This document shows, one piece after another, positions 11,404 through 21,268 of a stretch of 34,147 bases of DNA. Source of the DNA: an uncultured Gammaproteobacteria bacterium. Lineage in GTDB: Bacteria; Pseudomonadota; Gammaproteobacteria; UBA9214. How positions within the stretch are numbered: the first letter of the stretch is position 1; each line of letters starts with the position of its first letter. The stretch spans positions 1 to 34,147 of the forward strand of contig CAVYZN010000010.1 in the NCBI GenBank assembly GCA_963773065.1, written 5' to 3'. A model generated the notes under the pieces. It worked only from the letters and a program-made list of their open reading frames with translations. It had not been told where the DNA came from and made no database searches. A program made the position numbers and the translations under genes.

Positions 11404-11432
11404 AAATGAAAAAGCCGGTCGATGACCGGCTT
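11404..11432 (-). terminator. Rho-independent terminator after rpsT
   Basis: Minus strand reads AAGCCGGTC-ATC-GACCGGCTT-TTTCATTT. Confidence 0.78.
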
Positions 11433-11459
11433 GGTTGAGTACGCAGGCGCGCCTGAAAA

Positions 11460-11720
11460 TCAGAGGGCGCGGATATGCTGATTGAGTCGGCTCTTGTGGC
11501 GGGCGGCCTTGTTGTGATGAATCAGTCCCTTGCCTACGGCGCTGTCGATGACCGGTACCGCCTTGCGGTAGGCCTGCGTGGCGGCCTCTGAATTGCCGGT
11601 GCGGATGGCGGCAAAGACCTTCTTGATCGAGCTGCGCAGTTCTGAGCGTTGACTGGCGTTGCGCTGGCGGTGGTTTTCCGCCTGCCGCGCCCGCTTGGTT
11701 GCTTGTGCTGTATTGGCCAA
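11460..11720 (-). CDS. rpsT: 30S ribosomal protein S20
   Basis: TTG start, ANTAQATKRARQ..KGLIHHNKAARHKSRL. Confidence 0.97.
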   Translation of the reverse strand: MANTAQATKRARQAENHRQRNASQRSELRSSIKKVFAAIRTGNSEAATQAYRKAVPVIDSAVGKGLIHHNKAARHKSRLNQHIRAL

Positions 11721-12034
11721 AGGATGACTCCTGACGCGGGTGGTTCAAAGGCGGCGTACTATGCGGATTTTCGGGTGATTTGTCAATCGCGGTACGGATG
11801 GAAGCCGGGCGTGTGTCGCATCGGCTGCCCCCGCGCGGCATGATCGGCGGTGATCGGGCCTGCTGGGGGCATGCCGCTGACCGCGTGAACCGGGAATCGT
11901 TGGACCAAACCGGTGCGCGGGGCATGACCTGCTGTTAAGCTATTGTTTTCTAAATGACCTTTACATCAGAGCTGCCAATCTTCCCGCAATGACCATCCGG
12001 CCGGATATGCCCCCGGCTGTGCATGACCCTGTGT

Positions 12035-13615
12035 ATGAGTCGCAAGCTACTAAAAAATACGATGATTGTTGGCTCGATGACGCTGGTGTCCCGGGTGCTG
12101 GGCCTGGTGCGGGACATGGTGATGGCCTGGTTCGGCGCCACCGCCGGCATGGATGCCTTTTTCGTTGCCTTCAAGATCCCGAATTTCCTGCGCCGCCTGT
12201 TTGCCGAAGGGGCTTTCTCGCAAGCCTTCGTGCCGATCATCTCCGAATACAAGGAACAACGTTCCCATGAGGCGGTCCGGGACCTGGTCAACCGGGTGGC
12301 CGGTACCTTCGGCGGGGTACTGATTCTGATTACCGTGGTGGGCGTGCTGGCCAGCCCGCTCGTGATCACGGTGTTCGCCCCGGGATTCCTGTATACGGAC
12401 AGCGCCAGATTCGACCTGGCATCGCAGATGCTGCGTATCACCTTTCCCTATATCCTGTTTGTATCGCTGGTGGCCTTCGCGGCCGGCATACTCAATACCT
12501 ATGGCCGCTTTGCCACGCCGTCGCTCGCGCCGGTGTGGTTGAACGTCGTCATGATCGGCGCCGCGTTATTCGTCGCCCCCCATCTGGAACGGCCGGTGCT
12601 GGCGCTGGCGGGCGGGGTGTTCGTCGCCGGCGTGGTGCAGGTGCTGTACATGCTGCCGTCGCTGCGGCGCATCGGGTTGTTGCCGCGGCCTCGCTGGGAC
12701 ATCCGGGACGAGGGCGTGCGGCGCATCATGAGGCTCATGCTGCCGGGCATATTCGGTTCCTCGGTCGCCCAGATCAACCTGCTGCTCGACACCCTGATCG
12801 CCTCCTTCCTGGTGACCGGCAGCGTGACGTGGCTGTACTACTCCGACCGCCTGGTGGAATTTCCTCTCGGCGTTTTCGCCATCGCCCTGTCGACGGTCAT
12901 ACTCCCGAGCCTCTCGCGCAGTCATGCCAACGCCTCTGAAGAGGAGTTTTCCGCCACGGTTGACTGGGGCCTGCGTCTGGTGCTGCTGGTCGGGATACCT
13001 TCGATGATCGGCCTGATCATACTGGCGCGGCCCGTGCTGGCCACGCTGTTCCTTTATCATGACTTCACCATATGGGATGTACGCATGGCGAGTCTGAGTC
13101 TGATGACGATGTCATTCGGATTGCCGGCCTTCATGCTGATCAAGGTGCTGGCCCCGGCATTCTACTCACGCAAGGATTCGCGGACGCCGGTGCGCATCGC
13201 GGTGATCTCCCTGGTGACCAACCTCTTGTTCAATCTGGTCATCGTAATTCCGATGGTGCGCCTGGGGGTGCCCGGCCCGCATGCCGGGCTGGCGTTCGCG
13301 ACCTCCATTGCCGCCTATGTCAATGCCGGGCTGCTGTTCCGGGTTCTGTACCGTAAACGGATTTATCAGCCGCACGCCGGATGGCGGAAATATCTCCTCC
13401 AGCTTGGTTCGGCCGCCGCCGCGATGGCCGTCGTGTTGCTGTGGGCGGCCCCGGCCCTGGCGGAATGGGCCGCCTGGCCTGCCGGACACCGTGGTCTGGT
13501 CCTTCTGGCCTGGGTATGCGCGGGATCGGCGGTTTATTTCCTCACCCTGCGCGCCGGCGGCCTGCAGGTCTCGACGCTGTGGACTACCGCGCATGCGGCC
13601 GGGGAGGGCGCATGA
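12035..13615 (+). CDS. murJ: Lipid II flippase MurJ/MviN
   Basis: SRVLGLVRD, DAFFVAFKIPNFLRRLFAEGAFSQAFVP and YYSDRLVEFPLG motifs; multiple TM helices. Confidence 0.96.
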   Translation: MSRKLLKNTMIVGSMTLVSRVLGLVRDMVMAWFGATAGMDAFFVAFKIPNFLRRLFAEGAFSQAFVPIISEYKEQRSHEAVRDLVNRVAGTFGGVLILITVVGVLASPLVITVFAPGFLYTDSARFDLASQMLRITFPYILFVSLVAFAAGILNTYGRFATPSLAPVWLNVVMIGAALFVAPHLERPVLALAGGVFVAGVVQVLYMLPSLRRIGLLPRPRWDIRDEGVRRIMRLMLPGIFGSSVAQINLLLDTLIASFLVTGSVTWLYYSDRLVEFPLGVFAIALSTVILPSLSRSHANASEEEFSATVDWGLRLVLLVGIPSMIGLIILARPVLATLFLYHDFTIWDVRMASLSLMTMSFGLPAFMLIKVLAPAFYSRKDSRTPVRIAVISLVTNLLFNLVIVIPMVRLGVPGPHAGLAFATSIAAYVNAGLLFRVLYRKRIYQPHAGWRKYLLQLGSAAAAMAVVLLWAAPALAEWAAWPAGHRGLVLLAWVCAGSAVYFLTLRAGGLQVSTLWTTAHAAGEGA

Positions 13616-13672
13616 GACACCGCCCGGGTGCTATACACTAGGCTTTTTGTTCGGGCGGTCCGGCAAATTACC

Positions 13673-14600
13673 ATGGAATTGGTTCGCGGCATTAATAACT
13701 TGCGTCCCCGTCACCGGGGGTGCGCCGCTACCATCGGCAATTTCGATGGCGTGCACCTCGGGCACCAGGCCGTGCTCGGGCAATTGTCGGAACACGCCGA
13801 GATGCTGCGCCTGCCGGTAACGGTCATCATGTTCGAGCCGCAACCGCGGGAATACTTCACCCCGGAGCGGGTGCCTCCCCGATTCACGCGGTTGAGGGAA
13901 AAGGTGGAGGCGCTGCGCCGCTTTGGCGTGGACCGGGTGCTTTGTCTGCGTTTCGGCGACTTCCTGGCCGGCCTGTTGCCGGAGGAATTTATCCGTATCA
14001 TCCTGCTGGAAGGGCTGGAGGTGAAATATCTCGTGGTCGGGGATGATTTCCGGTTTGGCAGGGGCCGGGCCGGGAATTTCGCGACTGCTCGATCGCGCCG
14101 GGGCCGCCCATGGATTTTCCGTCGTGAAAATGCATACCTTCAATATCGACGGGAAGCGCGTCAGCAGTACGCGCGTTCGCGATGCACTGGAGGCGGGTGA
14201 CCTGGCGGGGGCGGAATCCCTGCTGGGCCGGCCCTACCGCATGAGCGGCCGGGTGGCGCATGGCGACAAACGCGGCCGGACAATCGGTTTCCCGACGGCC
14301 AATATTTTTCTGCACCGCAGCGCAACACCGGTGCAGGGCGTGTTCGCGGTGGAATTGTTCGGGGTGGAGGGCGAACCCGTGCGGGGGGTCGCCAATGTCG
14401 GCAACCGTCCGACCGTGGACGGCACGCGCAGCCTGCTGGAAGTTCACCTGTTCGATTTCCACCGGGACATCTACGGCCGCCACGTACAGGTCGAGTTCCT
14501 GCACAAGATCAGGGCGGAACGGCGTTTCGAGAGTTTCGATGCCCTGCGGCGGCAGATCGAGGATGATGCGACCCAGGCGCGCGCGTGGTTTGGAAAATGA
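13673..14600 (+). CDS. ribF: Bifunctional riboflavin kinase/FAD synthetase (frameshift near 14085)
   Basis: TIGNFDGVHLGHQ and VVGDDFRFG; then VSSTRVR, GRTIGFPTAN, NVGNRPT and LEVHLFDF in the second frame. Confidence 0.93.
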
Positions 14601-14601
14601 A

Positions 14602-15138
14602 TCACCGCAAAGGCGCGAAGGACGCAAAGGGATTCTTTTACAAAACAATTTAAATTTTGCGTTCTTTGCGGTGCCATAATTCTTTATTGGATGACACAAG
14701 CTGACGAGTTGATGCCAGGGAGGGTGTCGATGAGCAGGGAAGATATACTTTCACACGAGATTATCAGCGCGGCAATCGAGGTGCACCGGAATACAGGCCC
14801 CGGTTTGCTTGAATCGGCGTATGAACAGTGCCTCTGCGTGGAACTGGGGAAAAGGAATATTGGTTTTGAGCGGCAGGTTCAAATACCGGTAAACTATAAA
14901 GGTTGTATGATCGATTGCGGTTACCGCATGGATCTGCTTGTCGATGACCTCGTCGTTCTTGAACTGAAGGCAGTCAGCACGCTGGAAAGAATTCATGAAG
15001 CACAATTGCTGATATACCTGAAACTCTCCGGAAAGCGACTTGGGATTTTACTGAATTTCAATGTTGTGCTTTTGAGAAATGGAATCAAACGAGTAGTTAA
15101 CGGCTTATGACTTCGCGCTCTTTGCGTCTTTGCGGTGA
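14602..15138. mobile_element. Putative GxxExxY cassette bounded by inverted repeats, inserted between ribF and ileS
   Basis: Left arm TCACCGCAAAGGCGCGAAGGACGCAAAG (14602-14629), partial inverted arm 14655-14673, right arm CTTCGCGCTCTTTGCGTCTTTGCGGTGA (15111-15138). Visibly more AT-rich than the flanks. Confidence 0.6.
14730..15110 (+). CDS. GxxExxY protein (PD-(D/E)XK nuclease-like)
   Basis: AAIEVHRNTGPGLLESAYEQCL, YRMDLLVDDLVVLELKAV, HEAQLLIYLK, GILLNF. GGAGG RBS before ATG 14730. Confidence 0.93.
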   Translation: MSREDILSHEIISAAIEVHRNTGPGLLESAYEQCLCVELGKRNIGFERQVQIPVNYKGCMIDCGYRMDLLVDDLVVLELKAVSTLERIHEAQLLIYLKLSGKRLGILLNFNVVLLRNGIKRVVNGL

Positions 15139-15146
15139 GAATAAAC

Positions 15147-17996
15147 GTGGCTGATTACAAAAATACCCTCAATCTTCCCAACACGGCTTTCCCCATGAAG
15201 GGCAATCTGCCCCAGCGCGAACCGGAGATACTGCAGCGCTGGGAAGCCATGGACCTCTACGGCACGCTGCGCGAGGCCTGCCGGGGACGCCCGCGATTCG
15301 TGCTGCATGACGGGCCGCCCTACGCCAACGGCGACATCCACATCGGCCATGCCGTCAACAAGGTCCTGAAGGACATCATCGTCAAGAGCAAGACCCTGAG
15401 CGGGTTCGATGCGCCCTATATTCCCGGTTGGGACTGCCACGGCCTGCCGATCGAACTCAATGTCGAGAAGCAGGTCGGCAAGCCCGGCGTCAAGGTGGAT
15501 GCGGCGGCCTTCAGGAACGCCTGCCGTGAATATGCCAGCCAGCAGGTGAACGGCCAGCGGCGGGATTTCATGCGCCTGGGGGTGGTGGGCGACTGGCGGA
15601 ATCCCTATCTCACCATGCAGTACCGCATCGAGGCCGACATCATCCGCGCGCTGGGCAGGATCGCCGAAAACGGCCACCTGTACCAAGGGCTACAAGCCGG
15701 TGCACTGGTGCACGGATTGCGGCTCCGCCCTGGCGGAGGCCGAAGTGGAATATGAGGACAAGGATTCGCTCGCCATCGATGTCCGCTTCCCGGTGCTGAA
15801 TGAGCAGGCGTTGCTCGCGCGCTGCCACCATACCGAGGGGCGTTGCGGAGAGGGTCCGCTGCCGGTCGTGATCTGGACCACCACACCCTGGACGCTGCCG
15901 GCCAACCACGCGGTCGCGCTCAATCCGGCGCTGGACTATGTCGTGGTGCAGTGCGATACCGGCCACGGGCAGGAGCGGCTGCTGCTGGCCGATGCGCTGC
16001 TAAAGGACGCCATGGGCCGTTTCAATGCGGAGAAATACCGAGGTGCTGGCCTATTGCAAGGGGAGCGATCTGGAAGGGCTGAAACTCGCGCATCCGTTCT
16101 ACCAGCGCGAGGTGCCGGTCATCCTCGGCGAGCACGTCACCACGGAGGCGGGCACCGGCGCCGTGCATACCGCGCCCGGGCATGGCCAGGAAGACTATAT
16201 CGTCGGACGCCGTTACAGCCTGCCGGTCGACAATCCGGTCGGCGGCGATGGCCGGTTTCTTCCGGACACCGAACTGTTTGCCGGACAGCATGTCTTCGAG
16301 GCCAACAATTCCGTCATCGAGGTTCTGAAGAGCCGCGGCGGCGCTGCTGCACGAAGAGAAGCTCCGGCACAGTTATCCGCACTGCTGGCGGCACAAGACG
16401 CCGATCATCTTCCGCGCCACGCCGCAATGGTTCATCAGCATGGAGCAGAATCACCTGCGCACGGCGGCATTGAGCGAGATCCGGCAGGTCGAATGGATAC
16501 CGGACTGGGGGCAGGCGCGCATCGCCGGCATGGTGGAGAACCGGCCGGACTGGTGCATCTCGCGCCAGCGGACCTGGGGTGTGCCGATCGCGCTGTTCGT
16601 GCACAGGGAAAGCGGCGAACTGCACCCGGACAGCGCCAGCCTCATCGAGGCCATCGCGCGGCGCGTCGAAGAGCGGGGCATCGACGCCTGGTATGAACTG
16701 GATCCGGCCGAGCTGCTCGGCGGCGATGCCGCCGATTATGAAAAGGTGACCGACACGCTGGACGTGTGGTTCGACTCCGGCGTGACCCACTTTGCCGTGC
16801 TGCGGCAGCGCGAGGATCTGGCGTTTCCGGCCGACCTCTACCTGGAGGGCTCCGACCAGCATCGCGGCTGGTTCCAGTCTTCGCTGCTCACCTCGGTCGC
16901 CATGTGCGGCATGGCGCCCTACAAGGCGGTGCTGACCCACGGCTTTACCGTCGATGCCAACGGCCAGAAGATGTCCAAATCCCGGGGCAATGTGGTGGCC
17001 CCGCAGAAGGTGGTGAATGCGCTCGGCGCCGATATCCTGCGCCTGTGGGTGGCCGCGACCGACTACCGCGGCGAGATGAGCGGTCTCGGACGAGATCCTG
17101 AAACGCATGGGCGACTCCTATCGCCGCCTGCGCAACACCGCCCGCTTTCTGCTCGCCAATCTGAACGGTTTCGATCCCGCCGCGGACCTGCTGGATCCGC
17201 GGCAAATGCTGGGTCTCGACCGCTGGGCCGTCGAACGTACCCGCTTGCTGCAGGAAGCGGGTGCGACGGCCTATGGCGATTACGAATTCCACCGCATCTA
17301 TCAGCTGGTGCACAACTTCTGCGCGGTGGATATGGGCGGCTTCTATCTGGATATCATCAAGGACCGGCAGTACACCACGCGTGCCGACGGCATCCCGCGG
17401 CGCTCCGCGCAGACGGCGATGTACCACGTGGTCGAGGCGCTGGTGCGCTGGTTCGCGCCGATCATGAGTTTCACCGCCGAGGAGATCTGGCGGCACCTGC
17501 CCGGGACCGCGTGCCGCATCGGTTTTTCTCTCGACCTGGCATGAGCTGCCGCCGGTCTGCATACGGAATCCGAGGTCCGGCGGCACATGGATGCCGATTA
17601 CTGGGACCGGGTCATCGGGTGCGTGAGGCCGTCAGCAAGGAACTGGAGAAGCTGCGGGTGGCCGGCGGGATAGGCTCCTCGCTCGATGCCGAGGTGGACC
17701 TCTATGCCGATGCGGAAACCGCCGGACTGTTGCGCGCCCTGGAGGATGAGCTGCGCTTCGTGCTGATCACCTCCTATGCCCGCGTTCATGACGCCGCCGC
17801 CCGTCCGGCTGAGGCGGTCGTGGCCGGCGATCCCGGGCGGCAACTCTGGCTGCGGGTTGCGCCCTCGGAGCATGCCAAGTGCGTGCGCTGCTGGCACCAT
17901 CGCGAGGACGTGGGTGCGAACCCGGAACATCCCGAACTCTGCGGGCGTTGCATCGAGAATATCGCGGGCGACGGTGAATTGCGCCGTTACGCCTGA
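15147..17996 (+). CDS. ileS: Isoleucine--tRNA ligase (about five frameshifts, probably sequencing indels)
   Basis: [58 protein letters not shown] and C-terminal CxRCW..CGRC, spread over successive frames. Confidence 0.94.
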
Positions 17997-18022
17997 AAAC
18001 CCGTCTTGCGGAGCAATCGCGC

Positions 18023-18499
18023 ATGAAATGGTTCTGGCTTTCCGGGGTGGTGCTGATCCTGGATCAGTGCAGCAAATGGATCGCCGATTCCCTGCTGGAT
18101 CCGCACGACTCCATCCCGCTGCTGCCGATCCTTGCCCTGCGCAAGGCCTACAATCCGGGCGCGGCTTTCAGCTTTTTGAGCGATGCCGCCGGCTGGCAGC
18201 GTTGGTTCTTCGTCGGGTTGGCGCTAGTGGTTATCGTCGTGCTCGTGGCCTGGCTGCGGCGTCTCCCCCAGGGGCAGGGACGCATGGCGCTTGCGCTGGC
18301 GCTGATACTGGGCGGGGCGGCGGGCAACCTGGTCGACCGGTTGCTCTACGGTCATGTCATCGATTTCATCGACCTGTATTACCGCGCCTGGCACTGGCCC
18401 ACGTTCAATATCGCCGATTCGGCGATCACGCTCGGCGCCGCGCTGTTGCTGCTCGATGCCTTCATGGGGCGCAGGGAAGAAACCCCGGGAAAACAATGA
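18023..18499 (+). CDS. lspA: Lipoprotein signal peptidase II
   Basis: DQCSK, NPGAAFS, GNLVDR, VIDFI and FNIADS motifs. Confidence 0.96.
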   Translation: MKWFWLSGVVLILDQCSKWIADSLLDPHDSIPLLPILALRKAYNPGAAFSFLSDAAGWQRWFFVGLALVVIVVLVAWLRRLPQGQGRMALALALILGGAAGNLVDRLLYGHVIDFIDLYYRAWHWPTFNIADSAITLGAALLLLDAFMGRREETPGKQ

Positions 18500-18544
18500 G
18501 CGGCGCCTTTATCGAGTGTTAACATGAATGGCTGACATTTCTTC

Positions 18545-18634
18545 GTCGTCATTCCGGCCAAACGAGCATAGCGAGCGCGAGCCGGAATCCAGGAACCTTA
18601 AGGACATCCTGGATTCCCGCTTTCGCGGGAATGA
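18545..18634. repeat. REP/dRS3-like palindromic element 1, interrupted by intron copy 1 (completed by CGAC at 20560-20563)
   Basis: GTCGTCATTCCGGC..GCCGGAATCCAGG..CCTGGATTCCCGCTTTCGCGGGAATGA|CGAC. Removing the intron restores the GTCGTCATTCC/GGAATGACGAC terminal inverted repeat. Confidence 0.85.
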
Positions 18635-20559
18635 GTGCGCCCGTGAAGGCGCGGTATCCGCATGGTGAAAGTCCATGCCGGGGCAAGCCAAGACCCCGAA
18701 GCCGAAGGTAACTGCGTCGCCGCGAGGCGGGGTGGAGAGCAACTGGAGGCGAACTGGCGGTCCGCAGGGTAACGAACTCGATTCGGCGGGATGCAGCGAC
18801 GAGCCTGCTCATTCATGGCGAAGTCCGAAACACGCCCGGCACGCTGGTAATGGCGTGCAAAGCGCTGCCGGGGCGCATCACGTGGTTGGAGGCGGAACGT
18901 TGGGAAGGTATCGCGAGATAAGCGGGGAGACCTGCCGTCGAGGTGACGTCGGCAGGGGTCAGAACCTTCGTAGTACCGAAGGACGGAGCAAGGAAGCCAT
19001 GGCACAAACCGAGGGAAACCGGAGTTCGAGAGCAGGGGTGCATACCCCGCCTAACGCTTGCCCTGCCCGTCTGAGAGGTGCGGAAAGCAAAGCCGCTCCG
19101 AGGGAAGGGAGGTAGGAAGGTGGATGTGTGAAATCTGGAAAGAGGCAAAGCGTGAGCGCAGCATCGGTAGTGCCCGCGAGGGCTAAACAAGAAGCGGAAA
19201 CCCGGGTCCGAGACTGGAGCTGGGTGGACACCACGATCTGGACGGAACGCATGTTGGCGGCGCTGGATAACGGCGTCAAAGGAAGCAAATGGTTCAGCCT
19301 GATCGACAAAGTCGCGCGGGCGGACACGCTGCGCCAAGCCTGGGAGAAAGTTGCCCGGAACAAAGGTGTGGCGGGAGTGGACGGGCAAAGCGTGGAGAAG
19401 TTTGCCGCGCAGGCGGAGGCTTATCTGAACGAACTGGAAGAAACGTTGAAGCGGGGCAGTTACCGGCCGCAGCCGGTCAAGCGCGTGGAGATTCCCAAAG
19501 GACCGGGGCAAACCCGGCCGCTGGGCATCCCGGCGGTGAAAGACCGCATCGTGCAGACCGCGCTCAAGCGGGTATGTGAGCCCATCTTCGAGCGGGAATT
19601 CCACGACAACAGCTACGGCTTCCGCCCCGGACGCGGATGCAAGGACGCTCTGAGAGAAGTCGACCGGCTCATCAAGGACGGCTACCCCCACGTAGTGGAT
19701 GCCGACCTCAAGAGCTACTTCGACAGTATCCCGCATGAACGGCTGCTGGCCCGGGTAGAAGAACGGATTAGTGATGGGCGAGTCCTTGACCTGATCCGAG
19801 GCTACCTGAGCCAAGACATCCTGCATGGCCTGGTGCGCTGGACACCGACGGGAGGCACGCCGCAAGGCGCGGTCATCAGCCCGTTACTGGCGAACCTCTA
19901 CCTGCACCCGCTGGACGGCCTGATGCAAGGCAAGGGGTACCGGATGGTTCGGTATGCCGACGACTTCGTCATACTTTGCCGGACGGCGGAAGAAGCGAAG
20001 GCCGCACTGGAAGAAGTGCATGCCTGGGTGGAAGCTAACGGTCTTGCCCTGCACCCCAACAAGACCCAAGTGGGCGACTGTCGGGAAACGGGGCAAGGCT
20101 TCGACTTCCTGGGCTACCGCTTCGAAGCGGGGCGGCGCTGGGTGCGCAAGAAAAGCCTGAGAGCCATACGGGACAAGCTGCGGAGCAGGACCGGACGCAC
20201 GCGCGGGGAGAGCCTGAGGAGCATGATCGCGGAGATCAACCCGATCCTGAAAGGCTGGTTTGGCTACTTCAAGCATGCCCACCCGCTAGAGTTCAAGCGA
20301 CTGGACGGCTTCATCCGTCGTCGCCTGCGGGCGCTGTTGCGCAAACGGGCGAAGCGGCCGGGAATGGGGCACTGCCATGCTGATCATGCGCGTTGGCCGA
20401 AGGCTTTCTTCGCTGAGCAAGGGCTCTTCACCTTGACCGGAGCCCATGCGCAGGCGAGCCAATCACGATGTTGAAACCACCGACTGGAGAGCCGTGTGCG
20501 GGAGAACCGCACGCACGGTTCGGAGGGAGGGGAGGGCGCGAGCCCTTCTCTACCCCTAT
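18635..20559 (+). mobile_element. Group II intron, copy 1 (1925 bp)
   Basis: 5' GTGCG; domain V GAGCCGTGTGCGGGAGAACCGCACGCACGGTTC (20489-20521); domain VI with bulged A; 3' ..CCCCTAT. Boundaries confirmed by where identity with copy 2 ends. Confidence 0.95.
19128..20474 (+). CDS. ltrA: Group II intron reverse transcriptase/maturase (no endonuclease domain)
   Basis: GVDG, RPLGIPAVKDRIVQ, SYGFRPGR, DADLKSYFDSIPH, GTPQGAVISPLLANLYL, RYADDF, FDFLGY and GWFGYF motifs. Confidence 0.96.
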   Translation: MKSGKRQSVSAASVVPARAKQEAETRVRDWSWVDTTIWTERMLAALDNGVKGSKWFSLIDKVARADTLRQAWEKVARNKGVAGVDGQSVEKFAAQAEAYLNELEETLKRGSYRPQPVKRVEIPKGPGQTRPLGIPAVKDRIVQTALKRVCEPIFEREFHDNSYGFRPGRGCKDALREVDRLIKDGYPHVVDADLKSYFDSIPHERLLARVEERISDGRVLDLIRGYLSQDILHGLVRWTPTGGTPQGAVISPLLANLYLHPLDGLMQGKGYRMVRYADDFVILCRTAEEAKAALEEVHAWVEANGLALHPNKTQVGDCRETGQGFDFLGYRFEAGRRWVRKKSLRAIRDKLRSRTGRTRGESLRSMIAEINPILKGWFGYFKHAHPLEFKRLDGFIRRRLRALLRKRAKRPGMGHCHADHARWPKAFFAEQGLFTLTGAHAQASQSRC

Positions 20560-20644
20560 CGACTGTTAGTTATGACGTGCGTCACTTATTTATGTAAGTC
20601 TCAATAAGTTGATGACATCCAGGGGGATAGTTTTGACCAGACGT

Positions 20645-21099
20645 GTGAAATATCCCATCGGCGCGGGCAGCACCGTCACCCTGCATTTCTCGCTCACGCT
20701 GGAAGACGGCACGGTGGCCGATAGCACCTTTGACGGTGAGCCGCATACCTTTATCCTGGGTGACGGGTCGCTGCTGCGCGGTCTGGAACTGGCGCTCTAC
20801 GGCCTGCGTCCGGGCGATACCCAGCGCCTGCTGCTGCACCCCGAACAGACCTTCGGGATGCGCGATCCGGCTAAAATTCATCACCTGCCGCGCGCGGAGT
20901 TCGCCGACGACATCACCCTGGAACCGGGCATCATCATCGGCTTTACCGACGCCGGCGGCGAGGAGATACCCGGGACCGTCTGTCCGCGACCGAAGCGGCC
21001 GTCGAGGTGGACTTCAATCACCCGCTGGCAGGCCATGCCGTCACCTTCGATGTGGAAATCATCGACGTGGTCCCGGCGGATATCGATGACGCCGATTGA
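20645..21099 (+). CDS. fkpB: FKBP-type peptidyl-prolyl isomerase SlpA/FkpB (frameshift near 20985)
   Basis: VTLHFSLTLEDGTVADST..LGDGSLL; then VEVDFNHPLAGHAVTFDVEII* in the shifted frame. Canonical position after lspA. Confidence 0.9.
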
Positions 21100-21102
21100 T
21101 GT

Positions 21103-21133
21103 TCACCGCAAAGACGCAAAGGACGCAGAGAAA
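21103..21133 (+). repeat. Lone left arm of the GxxExxY-associated repeat
   Basis: TCACCGCAAAGACGCAAAGGACGCAGAGAAA, 3 nt after the fkpB stop. I found no matching right arm downstream. Confidence 0.75.
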
Positions 21134-21192
21134 AACTTTGTTTAATGAAAAACAGATCAATGCGAAAGATGTTTTAGAGAATCTCTGAGCAC

Positions 21193-21268
21193 GTCATCCC
21201 CGCGAAAGCGGGGATCCAGTAACCCACTCGATCCTGTACAGACTGGATTCCCGCTTTCGCGGGAATGA
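21193..21268. repeat. REP/dRS3-like palindromic element 2, interrupted by intron copy 2
   Basis: GTCATCCCCGCGAAAGCGGGGATCCAGT..ACTGGATTCCCGCTTTCGCGGGAATGA|C(23194). Confidence 0.85.
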
